Shown: one piece after another, positions 42,075 to 56,064 of the stretch | How positions within the stretch are numbered: the first letter of the stretch is position 1 | Layout: each line of letters starts with the position of its first letter | Assembly (NCBI RefSeq): GCF_006345805.1 | Contig: NC_042999.1 | Coordinates: forward strand, 147,374,001-147,438,000 | From: Octopus sinensis | Taxonomy: Eukaryota | Length of the DNA stretch: 64,000 bases | Direction of reading: 5' to 3' | The notes under the pieces: model-generated | What the model was told of the DNA's origin: nothing | What the model saw: only the letters and a program-made list of their open reading frames with translations | Databases searched by the model: none | Translations under genes and position numbers: made by a program

Positions 42075-42473
42075 TATTAGGGAATAAATCCAAATTTACA
42101 GGGAAAAAAAATCAGATTAGGATTAAATCCAATTTTATAGTAAAATTATAAATATTATTAGAGACAAAACCACTATTTTGAAAAACAAACAAGGAAAGAC
42201 TTAATCAATACATAAAATTTAATAAATAGTCAAAAAAACCGCCACTACAATCGTTCTTGTCTTGATCGACAATCTTCAGGTGGACTTCCATTACAAGTCA
42301 GTTTCAAATTTGAAACTGACTTGTAAATTGGAAGTCCACCTGAAGATTGTCGATCAAGACAAGAAACGATTGTAGGCGGTTTTTTTTTTTTTGACTATTT
42401 ATAAAATTTTATGTATTGATTAAGTCTTTCCTTGTTTGTTTTGCAAAATAGTGGTTTTGTCTCTAATAATATT
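42075..42473. mobile_element. PLE end forming a spacerless ~320-bp palindrome plus 75-bp tail
   Basis: Arms 42151-42308 / 42309-42473, (TA)n on both sides, one HHR per arm. Confidence 0.85.
42336..42378 (+). ncRNA. Minimal hammerhead ribozyme (mirror copy at 42242-42283, minus strand)
   Basis: Two-arm consensus CCAC-CTGAAGA-TTGTC-gatcaa-GACAA-GAA-ACGATTGT-A-GTGG; each arm carries a different small deletion. Confidence 0.78.
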
Positions 42474-42562
42474 ATATATAATATATATATATATATATAT
42501 AGAGGAGAGAAGAGAGAGAGAGAGAGAGAGAGAGTGAGAGAGAGAGAGAGACATAGATAGAC

Positions 42563-42643
<81 letters not shown>

Positions 42644-42671
42644 GATAGATAGATAGATATTGATATAGATA

Positions 42672-43933
42672 TAGGGGTTGAACAAAATAATGGAAACACC
42701 TCGCATCATAGCATCACAACTTGGAAACACCTGTAAAACCGTCAAAAGCTTGTTTATTTTTTGTTTGTTTTTATCTATTATTAGTGTTACGTAATATTGT
42801 TTTTCTAAAATTCTGTTTCTTTTCAGATATCATCAGAAAAAGGTAATTAAAATTCATTAAAATGACAGATCTATCGGACTTTTAATGAGATCAAATTGCT
42901 GGTGCTTGTTTGCCAGGTGCTAGCGTATAGAAAACAGTCGCAATGTTTGGTGTATCAAGAAGTACTGTCTCGAAAGTAATGAACTACTTTGAGAAAGAGG
43001 GAAAACCTATTCATCGAAACAAAACACCGGAAGAAAGCCAAAACTTTCAGACCATCGGACTCTTTTACGCGAATTGTTAGAAAGGATCACAAAAATGCAG
43101 CTCCCAAAATTTCTGCAGAGCTTAATGACTGCCTCGAGAACCCAGTTTCCACAAAAACTGTTCGCCAGAAGCTGCACAAAGATGGATTTCATGGGAGCGC
43201 TGCAATCAGAAAACCACAACTTTAAAAATAAACCTTGCAAAGCATTTAGAGTTGAGTAAAAATTCACAGAATTGGTCCCCAGAGCAGTAGAAGAATGTTA
43301 TTTTCTCGGAGGAGTCATCCTTTACCTTATTTCCGACCAGCAACTGATTATACGTGTGGAGACAGCCAAAAGAAGCATTTCACCCAGACTGCCTACTTCC
43401 AACTTTTAAACATGGTGGAAGTTCTGTAATGATCCGGGGGGAAATGTCTTGGAAATCCGCCGGCCCAATGGTTTCATTCATGGCAGAGTTAATAGTCAAG
43501 TTTATTTAAGCATTTTACCTGATCAAATCGATCCTATGGTTGCGGAACCGCTTCCGGAGGGAAACGCAATCATTCGGGATAATAATGCACCAATTCACAC
43601 AGTTAAATTTGTTTCTGAATAGCACGAAGATCATTTTAGTGACGTCGAACATCTTATCTGGCCAGCAGAGTCCCGGATCTTAATATTATTGAACATTTAT
43701 GGTGCATTTTAGAAAAACAAGTAAGAAGCCGATATCTTCCACCATCACCGCCACAAAAACTGGAGACTGTTTTAGCTGAAGAATGGATAAAAATTCCTTT
43801 GGAAACAGTTGAAACTGTGTACAAGTCCATACATCGTAGAATTGAAGCTGTGATTACTGCGAAAGGTGGTCCTACCCCATATTAAAATAAATTTATTTGA
43901 AATTTTAAGATGATTTCATGATTTTGTCCAACC

Positions 43934-43937
<4 letters not shown>
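42672..43937 (+). mobile_element. Tc1 (DD34E) transposon, full length, decayed
   Basis: TIRs (T/C)AG(G/A)GGTTG(A/G)ACAAAAT, TA TSDs; MTDLSDF..GVSRSTVSKV, VIFSEESSF, DNNAPIH, NIIEHLW, AKGGPTPY*. Confidence 0.93.
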
Positions 43938-44031
<94 letters not shown>

Positions 44032-44238
44032 TTTTAATTACTGGGTACGTACACACTCAATGATGCACACAACTACACACACGTACACATACACTCACAC
44101 TCATAAACACTAATGAAGTGCACGCACTTATGTAATAAAGTGCTTGTACATACACATCCATTTTTACAGCATGAATGCAAGTTTATTGACATGTGCATCA
44201 TTTGTATATATACATACACACGCTAATTTATTCACATA

Positions 44239-44583
44239 AGGTGCATGGCTCAGTGGTTAGAGCGTCGAGCTTACGATCGTGAGGTTGTGAGCTCGAATCC
44301 CGGACCGGGCTGCGTGTTGTGTTCTTGAGCAAGGCACTTTATTTCACGTTGCTCCAGTTCACTCAGCTGTAGAAATGAGTTGCGACGTCACTGGTGCCAA
44401 GCTGTATCGACCTTTGTCTTTCCCTTGGATAACACTGGTGGCGTGGAGAGGGGAGGCTGGTATGCATGGGCGACTGCTGGTCTTCCGTAAACAACCTTGC
44501 CCGGACTTGTGTCTATGAGGGTAACTTTCTAGGTGCAATCTCATGGTCATTCATGACCGAAGGGGGTCTTTACCCTTTACCCT
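44239..44583 (+). mobile_element. tRNA-derived SINE, family C
   Basis: A box TGGCTCAGTGG, B box GCTCGAATCC, central core, and (TTTACCC)n-like tail. Confidence 0.85.
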
Positions 44584-45832
44584 CTAAATCCAAGAGCTGG
44601 CTTGACTGAACCAAAACACTATCCTGTCGTTAGTAAATGAATTGAGTTTGTAAGGGTACGAAACTCTGAAACAAATCTCAAAGAAAACAATCGCACACAC
44701 ACACATCATATTTATACATAAATACATAAAGGTCGGCATGCTTGTACGCATCCAATGCATATTAAAACATCGTTGTGAAGACACAAATCAATAAAACAAT
44801 GAGAGGGCTATGAATTATATCGAATGGATAATTGTAACATTAACTATTCATTTTCCACATTCTAGTCGAAATTAAACATCAGTTGCTCTAGTTCTGTATA
44901 GAATACTTGTGTGAGTTTAATTAGTAGTGTATTACTTACATGTTCTACATAATCATTGACCATCTCTTCAACACGTTATTATTATTCCCTTCAAATCCTT
45001 TCAGCCCACATTTTAGATCAATGATAACCTCACCTTAAGTCATGGGCATTTTCCCAATGATATCGCTTCCCTTCTCCCTACTCATTTCTAGATGAATTCC
45101 CAGGAAAGTAGGCATTGTTTCTTTCTACATGACTGATATATATATTACTCTTTGAAGCTAACATATGTCCAGCGATTCTTTTTCATCTACAACACCAGCA
45201 GAACTCTTGCTTCAAACACTGATAAAAATTGAGTGCAAAAGTGTTTATAGTATCGCCATTTGCTGTGCATTTACATATATAAATTATTTTATCTGTTCCT
45301 CCAGTTGCGACTTTTCGATTTAAAACTTTTAGTCATCTTTATATTAAGGATTTTTTTTCTGTTGCTAACAAATTTCTTGGATTTCTATCAACTGCGAACG
45401 TTCTGATCGAAGTGCACAGAAATATAATGGAAATTATCTGACACTAAAATATGACCTTTTTTCAATAATAATAGAATTTGTCATCCAAGCAACGGTGAAA
45501 CAAAAGACAATCATCTTCATCTCAGTGTGAAATGCATTCTCAAGATAGAAAGAAAAAACAACATTGAAAGAAATCACGTAATTTTTCAAACATGATTGCA
45601 TAAGAAGAAAATATGTTACTGCTAAGTCCAAATAACACCGAACACAGCAGCAAAAATAGCATAAATAATAATTATAAAATAGTAATAGCAACAACAACAA
45701 AAATGGTGATGATTATGATGATGACGACGGTGAAAATCAAGAAGTAACGAGAACAATAGAAGAAAGTAAGATTTATCATGCACAAGCATGAAATTAGGTA
45801 ATAAATATAGTGCGACGTAATTTATTAACGCC

Positions 45833-45876
<44 letters not shown>

Positions 45877-46027
45877 GAGACGTATATATATATACACACA
45901 CACACATATATACATACATACGTATTTACATATGTATGTTTATTTATATATATGTATATGTGTGCATGTATATAAATATATATACATGCATATACATATG
46001 CACATGTAAACACACACATACACACAT

Positions 46028-46063
<36 letters not shown>

Positions 46064-46596
46064 GTTTATGTTTGTATATGATTATTGTTATACGGGTGAA
46101 TGTATTATGAGAATGAAAAAATACGAAAACACCAAAATAGATCTTCTATACACAGCCACAATATTCATATTATTCAATAATACTGGAATATTTTTCTAGT
46201 ACCAAGAATAGATTTGCATTTGTATTTTGAAAACAAATGCAATTTTGGCATTGTATATGAAAACTACATGCAAAACAACAAAAATATATATATATAGATT
46301 TCGGTACTAAAGCACACATGCACACATGTATTGAGACATACATACACGAACACGCATACACCCACATTAATATGCATGTCTGTGTGTGGGTGTTTCTGTG
46401 TGCGCGTGTGTGTGTGTGTTATTATAGGCATGTAACTATTTAATTTTGATCGGTGTGTATGTGTATGTGTGCGTGTGCGTGGTGTGTTAATTACTATATT
46501 TGATTTGTGATTGTCGCTGTGTTTGCCTTCGTATAAATATGTACATGCACATATATATGCCTCTATGAGTATGCTGTGCGTGTGCACAAGATGGAC

Positions 46597-46633
<37 letters not shown>

Positions 46634-46934
46634 ATTTTTGAGTGATTGTGTGGGTATATGTGCATCTGGATTACCATATAGAAATTGAAGAATCTTTTTA
46701 CAGCATCAACTCAATATATGCACACATATATGTAAGTGTGTTTGTTGTTACGTGTGTTTGTATGTAGATCTTTAGAAGACTGCGTATTCGCACCACATCG
46801 GTGTCACCATTATGATGTATGTTACTTATTTTTATGATATTAAATAAAAGACAAATTATGTAGAGTGTTGAAACATTCTGTGTAAGGAATATTGGCTTTC
46901 TAATTTTGAAATAAAGCCAGCAATTTTGGAATGG

Positions 46935-47236
46935 AAGGTTTTGTCGATTACATTGACCGGAGCACTCAACTGCTATATATTTAATCGACCCTAAAAGGAT
47001 AAAATGCAAAGACTACTTCGGCGAAATTTGAACTCAGAATGTAAAGACAGACGAAATGCCGCTAAGCGTTTGGTTCTGCGAGCTGACCGTTTTTCATAAA
47101 AGAATTCTGGCATCCAAATTTTGGTACGCAGCCAGCAATTCCGAAGCAGGGGTGAGTCGATTACTTTGAATCTGGTACTCAACTGGTACTTATTTTATCG
47201 ACCCTGAAAGGATAGAAGGATAAGTTGACCTCGCAG
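46935..47236 (-). mobile_element. Two adjacent SINE family B fragments
   Basis: Two ATCGACCC..AAAGGAT..AAG domains; GAATTTGAACTCAGAA-type B-box in the first. Confidence 0.7.
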
Positions 47237-47332
47237 GTTTCATGAAAAAATCTGTAAATATAAAACCATTCAGATTTCTGGATACCTTATTTCTTCTAAT
47301 ATATAATACCTGTACATCGTCTCCAAACCTAC

Positions 47333-47435
<103 letters not shown>

Positions 47436-47559
47436 AGTACATGTATATATATATTGCAAGTGAAAGACGATAAATGTAATGAAAACCATTCGTTATACTT
47501 TCCCTTATATTATATATATATATATATATAGGGAGAGTTTATGTATAGGGAGAGTATAT

Positions 47560-47592
<33 letters not shown>

Positions 47593-47595
<3 letters not shown>

Positions 47596-47932
47596 CTAAG
47601 CAATAAAGGGTTTAGCAACGAATTGCCTTACCACATACCGAATTTAGAAATAGCAGTCAAAAGGTTATAGCTATTTCTTCTACTAAAAAGGGAGATCTCA
47701 GTAAAAACAGCAATTGTTTTTACTGAGATCTCCCTTTTTAGTAGAAGAAATAGCTATAACCTTTTGACTGCTATTTCTAAATTCGGTATGTGGTAAGGCA
47801 ATTCGTTGCTAAACCCTTTATTGCTTAGTATTACTTAAATTTTCCTCGAATGAGGCTTTTACATGCCGAAGACTACTTGGTGTAATTGATAATTATTCCA
47901 AATTAATTAATTTCACCCTTCATTATTACGGA

Positions 47933-47937
<5 letters not shown>
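47593..47937. mobile_element. PLE end: perfect 117-bp inverted repeat (47593-47709 / 47715-47831) plus ~105-bp tail
   Basis: 5-nt loop, (TA)n flanks, homologous to the 3' part of the 60310-62240 unit. Confidence 0.85.
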
Positions 47938-47982
<45 letters not shown>

Positions 47983-47985
<3 letters not shown>

Positions 47986-48580
47986 AGAGTTTACGAAAAA
48001 AAACAACAAAATACGAAGACAGGTGGTGTACAACAAAACCATTACACATTCGTATTAAAGAACATCTAAACACGCGAGCCTCCTTCTTCAGAAAACATCT
48101 GGACAGATGCCGGAACTCCGACAAAAATATAACAGTTGCAACTGAGGCCAATGACAGAAATTTAGGAAATTTAAGAAGTAAGGATGCTATCCTCTTAGTT
48201 TGACCAAATTAACAAGATGGAAATTAACAGAGTATGATTTAAAAACATCAACACTCTGCCCGCATGATTGTAACATGCTCATGAAACAAAACATTATATA
48301 AGAAAATAAAATAAAATGACGTACAATACACACGATCTTGAGACATGACCACTCTCACCCACTTCTGGAAGGGGTTTCGAGACCACTGCAGACAAGCTTC
48401 CAACAGATTTCAGTAACCGTTGGAAAACCGACTATAACAGTGACTCCATTACTTCCTAGCAATATCTGAAGAAGGAATTTTGATATTCTTGAATATTATA
48501 TTGGACTAAGAATAGCTAAATTATTTATAACAGTTATTATAATCCACTCTACCTTGTTGTGTCATTCTAGAAACATTACA
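47983..48580 (+). mobile_element. PLE 3' fragment: GIY-YIG C-terminus, UTR and truncated HHR
   Basis: TTKPLHIRIKEHL..FRKHLDRC..DAIL; CTGAAGA-AGGAAT at 48466 and ATTCTA-GAAA at ~48570. Confidence 0.7.
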
Positions 48581-48622
<42 letters not shown>

Positions 48623-48659
48623 GTATGCATGTAGGTATATATATATATATATATATATA

Positions 48660-48813
48660 AAGGCGAAGCGTGGCTGTGTGGTAAGACCCAACTACATGGT
48701 TCCGGGTTCGATTCCACTGCCTGGCGCCTTAGGCAGGTGTCTTGTACTATAGTCTCTGGCGGACCAAGTCCTTGTGAGAGGATTTGGTAGACGGAAACTG
48801 AAAGAAGCCCATC

Positions 48814-48815
<2 letters not shown>
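48660..48815 (+). mobile_element. SINE family A, 5' half
   Basis: Head with GGTTCGATTCC B-box and core. Confidence 0.85.
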
Positions 48816-48870
<55 letters not shown>

Positions 48871-49269
48871 TGTGTGTGTGTGTATTATATATATGTATAT
48901 ATATATATGTGTGTGTGTGTATATGTGTGTAGAGTGTTAGGTGTAGTGTACAGAAATTGAATATTGAGAGAAAATGTCAAAATTTGGGAAAAAGATCTTT
49001 TTATTTCATTATTAATAGCGCTTTCGTTCGTTTCTCGAACTTGTCAAGTAATATATTTTATGAATGTATAAACAGCTTCTTCATTAATATAAGACAGATG
49101 CTTTGGGGCGGGTTGTTTAGAAGAAGAGAATGCTGTTTTTGCTTTTCTTTTTTGGTGAAGTTCAATGATATTGGAGATACATAGATAGAAATATAGGTAT
49201 GTAGATAGGCTGATAGTTTGATAAATAGATATCAGTCTATGTATCAGCCTATCTACCTACCTAAATTTT

Positions 49270-49882
49270 CTATCTATGTATTTCCATTCTCATGGAACCT
49301 CACGCAAAAGAAAACAAAAATAAATCAATGTTCTCTTCTAAACATAACCCGCAAAAACATCTGTTTAACAAGCTGTTTGTACATTCACAAACATTTTTTT
49401 TACAATTTCGAGAAAGTAACAAAAGCGCTAATATTAATGAAGAAATTAAAAAAATGTTTGTCATGTGGGTGGTTCTGCATTGATCAATTTTGTTTCAACC
49501 AGAGCTAGCCAGTGTGGTTTGCTACTGTTCTCAATGAAAGCTTGCTGGTACAGATTGATATGTATGATTGGTAGAATGTTAGCTTCTTGTACCAATATCC
49601 AACAATCAAGTCTTTTCCAGATTCTTTTCCACCCTGGAGTTTCTGGATTACAGTTGCAAGAGTTTTACCATCAATGTTGTATGTCTTGGATGTAATTCAG
49701 AAGCAATAACATTGTTGGATTTCTTCCAGTCCCAAAGCATTTTGGTTAAATTCCTTCTCTTCGCTCCAGATTTGCCTCCAAAAGGAGTCTGTCTTCTCGG
49801 GAAGGAGCTCCGTAATATTTATTACTACTCCTCTTCTCCTGTCCCTGTATACTGCTGCCTGGTTGCAGTTAATTTTTTTGTT

Positions 49883-49929
<47 letters not shown>

Positions 49930-50400
49930 CAGTAATGTAGTTTGGCTGACAACCACTATAGAATCTGTTGGAATGTCGCTAACTGCAAAGTCACGTTGTG
50001 GCTTTATATCATTCAAGTTTTCGTTTTTGTTTATTACACAGTTGGGAAGAAGGTTAATTTTCGATTTTTTAAATAAAGTTACAGTTACCAACCTTCTTTC
50101 TATGTTCTACAAATGTTGCTTATTGGCGTAGTTGCTTCGCGGTAAAATGATTTAATTCTGGATGCAGATCGTCCCAATATGATTTCAATCGATTCGTATA
50201 ACCAACAGCGGGGCTTTGTTTCGCTTTCTCGTAGCAGTTAAATAGTTCATTATTCAATTCCTAACTCCAAGAGAAATGAGTGTTGTATTTATGGTTTCTT
50301 CTTTAACTACAAGTAGAAAGAATTTGTTTGCCTATTGAGTTGTTATTTTTGTTCTGTTCCTCTGTTGTGTTGTTATTGATGTTGTGTCCAGCCATGTTGT
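49270..50400 (-). mobile_element. R4/Dong-type LINE N-terminal fragment
   Basis: ELFNCYEKAK..GYTNRLKSYWDDLHPELNHFTAKQLR, TPGWKR. Confidence 0.65.
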
Positions 50401-50677
50401 TTGTAGTAACTCTCTGCATTCGGAATTCAAGTTTCAGCCGAAAATCACTACAATCGTGAATAAAAGGCTCCCTCAGTTAATTCATATACAGATTAACCAG
50501 TTATTCAACGAGGCTGATAATTATGGCTCCATAGTTGGAGTATTTATCCTTTGTTCAATAGTCTCACACGCCAAATACGCGACTTGTCGCTTTAAATGGT
50601 ATGTATGTATGTATGCACATACATGGTATGTATAGAGTGTTTTGAGTGGTATATAGATATTGTACATGGAGAAAATT

Positions 50678-51180
50678 GAGGCAGTCAGAATTTTGGATAA
50701 TTCTTTATTAGCGCCTTCGTTCCTTTAACCAAACTCTTGATGAAAAAAAAATTTTATAATTAATTCGGTGTTAAAAATTTCCTTGAAGAATTCTGAAGCG
50801 CTAATAAAGAATTATTCAAAATTCTGACTGCCTCCCTTTTCTCAGTATATATATGGCCGCAGTCAAATCACTGACACAAATAAAAGAATAAAATAAAATA
50901 CACACACACATATACATAAACATATGGATACATACATGCATATATATATATATGTATAATACAAAATAAGAAAATGGAGAAATACATCTAAATCAATTAT
51001 CAACTACCAGATAATACCTAATCACATACTTTATTAAACCAAGTATCTGGTAGTTGATAATTGATTTTGATATATTTCTCCATTTTCTTATTTTGTATTA
51101 TTAATTTGTGGTAAAACATTTTACCTTTGCACATATAATACAGTAAATGAATTAATTTCATCACAATTCTTAACATTTAT
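50678..51180. mobile_element. Two adjacent PLE-type inverted-arm insertions
   Basis: Inverted repeats at 50678-50714 / 50798-50834 and 50957-51013 / 51044-51100, the latter with a tail. Confidence 0.6.
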
Positions 51181-51267
51181 GTATTAACTTTGTTGGGTAC
51201 TTCACTAGCAGTATATTGGATATATGTTATCCCATGGAGAGTTGCATTTACAACCCCTATCTCAATT

Positions 51268-51302
<35 letters not shown>

Positions 51303-51367
51303 CATATATATATGATATATTGATAGCAGACGGACAGACAGATAGATAGATAGATAGATAGATAGAT

Positions 51368-51439
<72 letters not shown>

Positions 51440-52885
51440 TATAGATAGATAGATAGATATGCGTGACTTGAAAATGTAACACTGAACAATACGTTCAATA
51501 TCATACAAGAAAGGAAACTATTTAAAATAGTCTATCGGAAGGACTTCTTCGTGAGTTTAAAAGAAAGATGAAATAATGACCTTCTGGGCACCGTTGTTAC
51601 CATGTTTATTGAAATTGGCAATCTGAAGTTTCCATTTCCTATTGAAAGCCACAAACTGTTTAGTTCACAAATTGGCTTGTTTGAAATTCTTAGCATTTGA
51701 CATTTTTTGGTGTTTCTTGTGATTGTTTATTCAAAGAATGAACAGAGCATTTAACATTTTCATTCTTCGTCAAACTGGGGCGATCAATGAATTTAATACC
51801 TAGTTTGAATACCTCTCAGTTAATGGTGTCTGTAAGAAAATCGTGATCATGGAGTGACTTGAAGTCTATACAGCAAAGAATAAGCAGAATATTTAGTGCA
51901 GGCTTTGATGTAGAAAATGCAACGAAGATGTGAAGAGCGTTTATCTATCAGAGAGGTCATAACAAAGGTGGTATGTGGCATGAGTTTTCAAAAGAGGAAC
52001 GACTGTAGTAGCAGTAATAGGTTCAGAATATGCTTTGGAGCAATAGGTTGTTATATGTTGTTCAGTGAAACCTTGCCAATAAGCCAAAGAATCTTTTTAT
52101 TTGTATACTCATCATTGTTTTGGATATCTTTGCAGAAAGTATATATAGGTGTATATATAGCTTTTCTGCATGTTAAGAATTATTTGAAGTTGAAATATAT
52201 ACGGTCCGAAGAATGAACTTTGTTTAGGATACAGTTTAGCAGTGCCTTGGATGTCTATTTCTTCTATTTCTTAGCTCTGCAACAACAGGATTCAGCTGTT
52301 GTTTTGTAGGCACTCCGGTATATTTGATATACTTGAAATTATAATTTCCCTTCATATACTATGTCAAAATGATTGATTGTCTAACCTACCTCATTTTTCA
52401 TCCACATTATGCTTGAAAATGACATTGAGACTAGGGTAAATGAACTTCTCAATATTACTCATACATAGCCAAAGGAATTATATGAAAATAATTAGAAACT
52501 TGTTAATCATAATTGTTTTTCTTATGGTATTTTGTTTTTGTCAGGAGAATAATTTTATGTTTATCATCATGATGAATACAACCTTCACGCTGTCGTAGTT
52601 CTTGGCTGTTTTAATACTATTACTGTCGTTCGAGTGCAATATCATGTATATCGAAATACGTTAAGTACGATAATGCAAGCCAGTCCAAGTGGTTAGAAAA
52701 TAGAGATCAACTTAAATGTTTTGCATATATTCGTTATGCACACCACCGAAGCACTTGATCATTCTAATGCCACATAGCTACAGATTGTACTGAAAACTGT
52801 GATTGTGCGCTTCTGTGAGTGTCTGCGTGTCTGTGTTTCTGTGTGTGCATATATACATGTGTGTATGTGTGTGTGCATGTATACT

Positions 52886-52920
<35 letters not shown>

Positions 52921-52937
52921 GTGTGTGTGTATGTATT

Positions 52938-53343
52938 TCTCTTTTTTTTACTTGTTTCAGTAATTTTGACTGCGGCCATGCTGGAGCACCACCTTTAATT
53001 GAGCAACTCAACACCGGGACTTATTCTTTGTAAGCCCAGTACTTATTCTATCGGTCTCTTTTGCCGAACCGCTAAGTGACGGGGGCATAAACACACCAGT
53101 ATCGGTTGTCAAGCAATGCTAGGGGGACAAACACAGACACACAAACATACATGCACATACATATATATATATATATATACGACGGGCTTCTTTCCGTTTC
53201 CGTCTACCAAATCCACTCACAAGGCTTTGATCGGCCCGAGGCTATAGTAGAAGACACTTGCCCAAGGTGCCAGGCAGTGGGACTGAACCTGGATGCATGT
53301 GGTTGGTAAACAAGCTACTTACCACACAGCCACTCTTGCGCCT
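52938..53343 (-). mobile_element. SINE family A (full length)
   Basis: As 1564-1967. Confidence 0.88.
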
Positions 53344-54313
53344 ATTGTATATAATATTTGTGTGCATGTATATTTATATATAGGTTTGTATTTTTGTGAG
53401 TACGTATACATATGCATAAACACATTTACTGTATCCTTACTTTTCAAAATATTTTAAAACACCACAGTGCGTAGACTCCAGTTACTTGTAGTTGCATTTA
53501 ATACAAAAGTAGCCGCTATTTTTGTATCAACAATCATCGAACAGAGACGGTATATCGCTACTGGTAAGTTTCCAGATTGGCTGGCAAAATATGAGATTAA
53601 AATTTTGGAAATAGGAAAAAAGGGAATGCATCAGCCGCAATATTTGAGATAATTAAAAATTGATACTGTGCTTTTGGAAAGGTCGGTGTTTCAATGAAAA
53701 TGTCTTTCCAAACAGATTGCAATTGTTTTGGAATGTGCGTACTCAAATACATATAAGCATACTCCCATCCACGTGGTCGCGTGCCGCCGGCTTGCAGGTC
53801 TGATGAGTCGTGTTTATTGCTGGAAACAACAAGAGGCATAAAGCCTATGACTGACGAGCCATATAACGACTACATTATATATATAGATATATATATATAT
53901 ATATATTTATAGTGAGCTGTCAATTCACAAGGCTCTTTATTCTCAATAAAAATAGTCTTCTAGCCTTAGATCTTTTGTTGATGATAAGAAGGTAGATAAA
54001 AAAGTAAGAAATGAATTACACTCCAATGACCCACCCCCAACCACTGTGTTCCATGTCACTCCAGAATTGTAGTTGTTCTTTTAGCAAATTCTTGTCGCGA
54101 TAGTGCCAACATGAAATTCTTTAATTCTCTAACTCTGATAAAATATTTGAGAAGAATTATATTAATATATCTTTGATGAAAATCCATATTTCTTGCAACT
54201 GAAGATGGCATTTTATTTAAATTGATGTAATTTTTGCATTGTTCAATTAAATAGAGCTGCTTGAAACTGTCGTATTGCACTAACACTTGGCATCCGGTTA
54301 CTTTTTCGATTAT

Positions 54314-54344
<31 letters not shown>

Positions 54345-55485
54345 TATATATATACGACGGGCTTCTTTCCGTTTCCGTCTACCAAATCCACTCACAAGGC
54401 TTTGATCGGCCGAGGCTATAGTAGAAGACACTTGCCCAAGGTGCCAGGCAGTGGGACTGAACCTGGATGCATGTGGTTGGTAAACAAGCTACTTACCACA
54501 CAGCCACTCTTGCGCCTATTGTATATAATATTTGTGTGCATGTATATTTATATATAGGTTTGTATTTTTGTGAGTACGTATACATATGCATAAACACATT
54601 TACTGTATCCTTACTTTTCAAAATATTTTAAAACACCACAGTGCGTAGACTCCAGTTACTTGTAGTTGCATTTAATACAAAAGTAGCCGCTATTTTTGTA
54701 TCAACAATCATCGAACAGAGACGGTATATCGCTACTGGTAAGTTCCAGATTGGCTGGCAAAATATGAGATTAAAATTTTGGAAATAGGAAAAAAGGGAAT
54801 GCATCAGCCGCAATATTTGAGATAATTAAAAATTGATACTGTGCTTTTGGAAAGGTCGGTGTTTCAATGAAAATGTCTTTCCAAACAGATTGCAATTGTT
54901 TTGGAATGTGCGTACTCAAATACATATAAGCATACTCCCATCCACGTGGTCGCGTGCCGCCGGCTTGCAGGTCTGATGAGTCGTGTTTATTGCTGGAAAC
55001 AACAAGAGGCATAAAGCCTATGACTGACGAGCCATATAACGACTACATTATATATATAGATATATATATATATATATATTTATAGTGAGCTGTCAATTCA
55101 CAAGGCTCTTTATTCTCAATAAAAATAGTCTTCTAGCCTTAGATCTTTTGTTGATGATAAGAAGGTAGATAAAAAAGTAAGAAATGAATTACACTCCAAT
55201 GACCCACCCCCAACCACTGTGTTCCATGTCACTCCAGAATTGTAGTTGTTCTTTTAGCAAATTCTTGTCGCGATAGTGCCAACATGAAATTCTTTAATTC
55301 TCTAACTCTGATAAAATATTTGAGAAGAATTATATTAATATATCTTTGATGAAAATCCATATTTCTTGCAACTGAAGATGGCATTTTATTTAAATTGATG
55401 TAATTTTTGCATTGTTCAATTAAATAGAGCTGCTTGAAACTGTCGTATTGCACTAACACTTGGCATCCGGTTACTTTTTCGATTA
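53176..55485. repeat. Near-identical tandem duplication (~1173 bp unit) with (TA)n breakpoints
   Basis: 53176-54312 is repeated at 54353-55485; the ORF track shows identical translations at offset 1173. Confidence 0.95.
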
Positions 55486-55523
55486 TATATATATATATAT
55501 ATATATATAGATATATATATATA

Positions 55524-56064
<541 letters not shown>

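Noticed and set aside
44239-44312. Possible tRNA gene
   Set aside because: No acceptor stem pairing and it continues into a SINE body and tail; the same applies to the heads at 20328 and 60308.
47745-47780. GAA-ATAGCTAT-A as an HHR 3' half
   Set aside because: Better explained as one arm of the AGAAATAGC/GCTATTTCT hairpin conserved in the 60-62 kb units; no CUGANGA nearby.
50730-50800. TTGATGA..TTGAAGAATTC as a variant HHR
   Set aside because: The 3-8 pair and GAAA are not satisfied; only the flanking inverted repeat is supported.
51480-52600. Possible old retroelement coding remains
   Set aside because: No motif clear enough to assign by eye.
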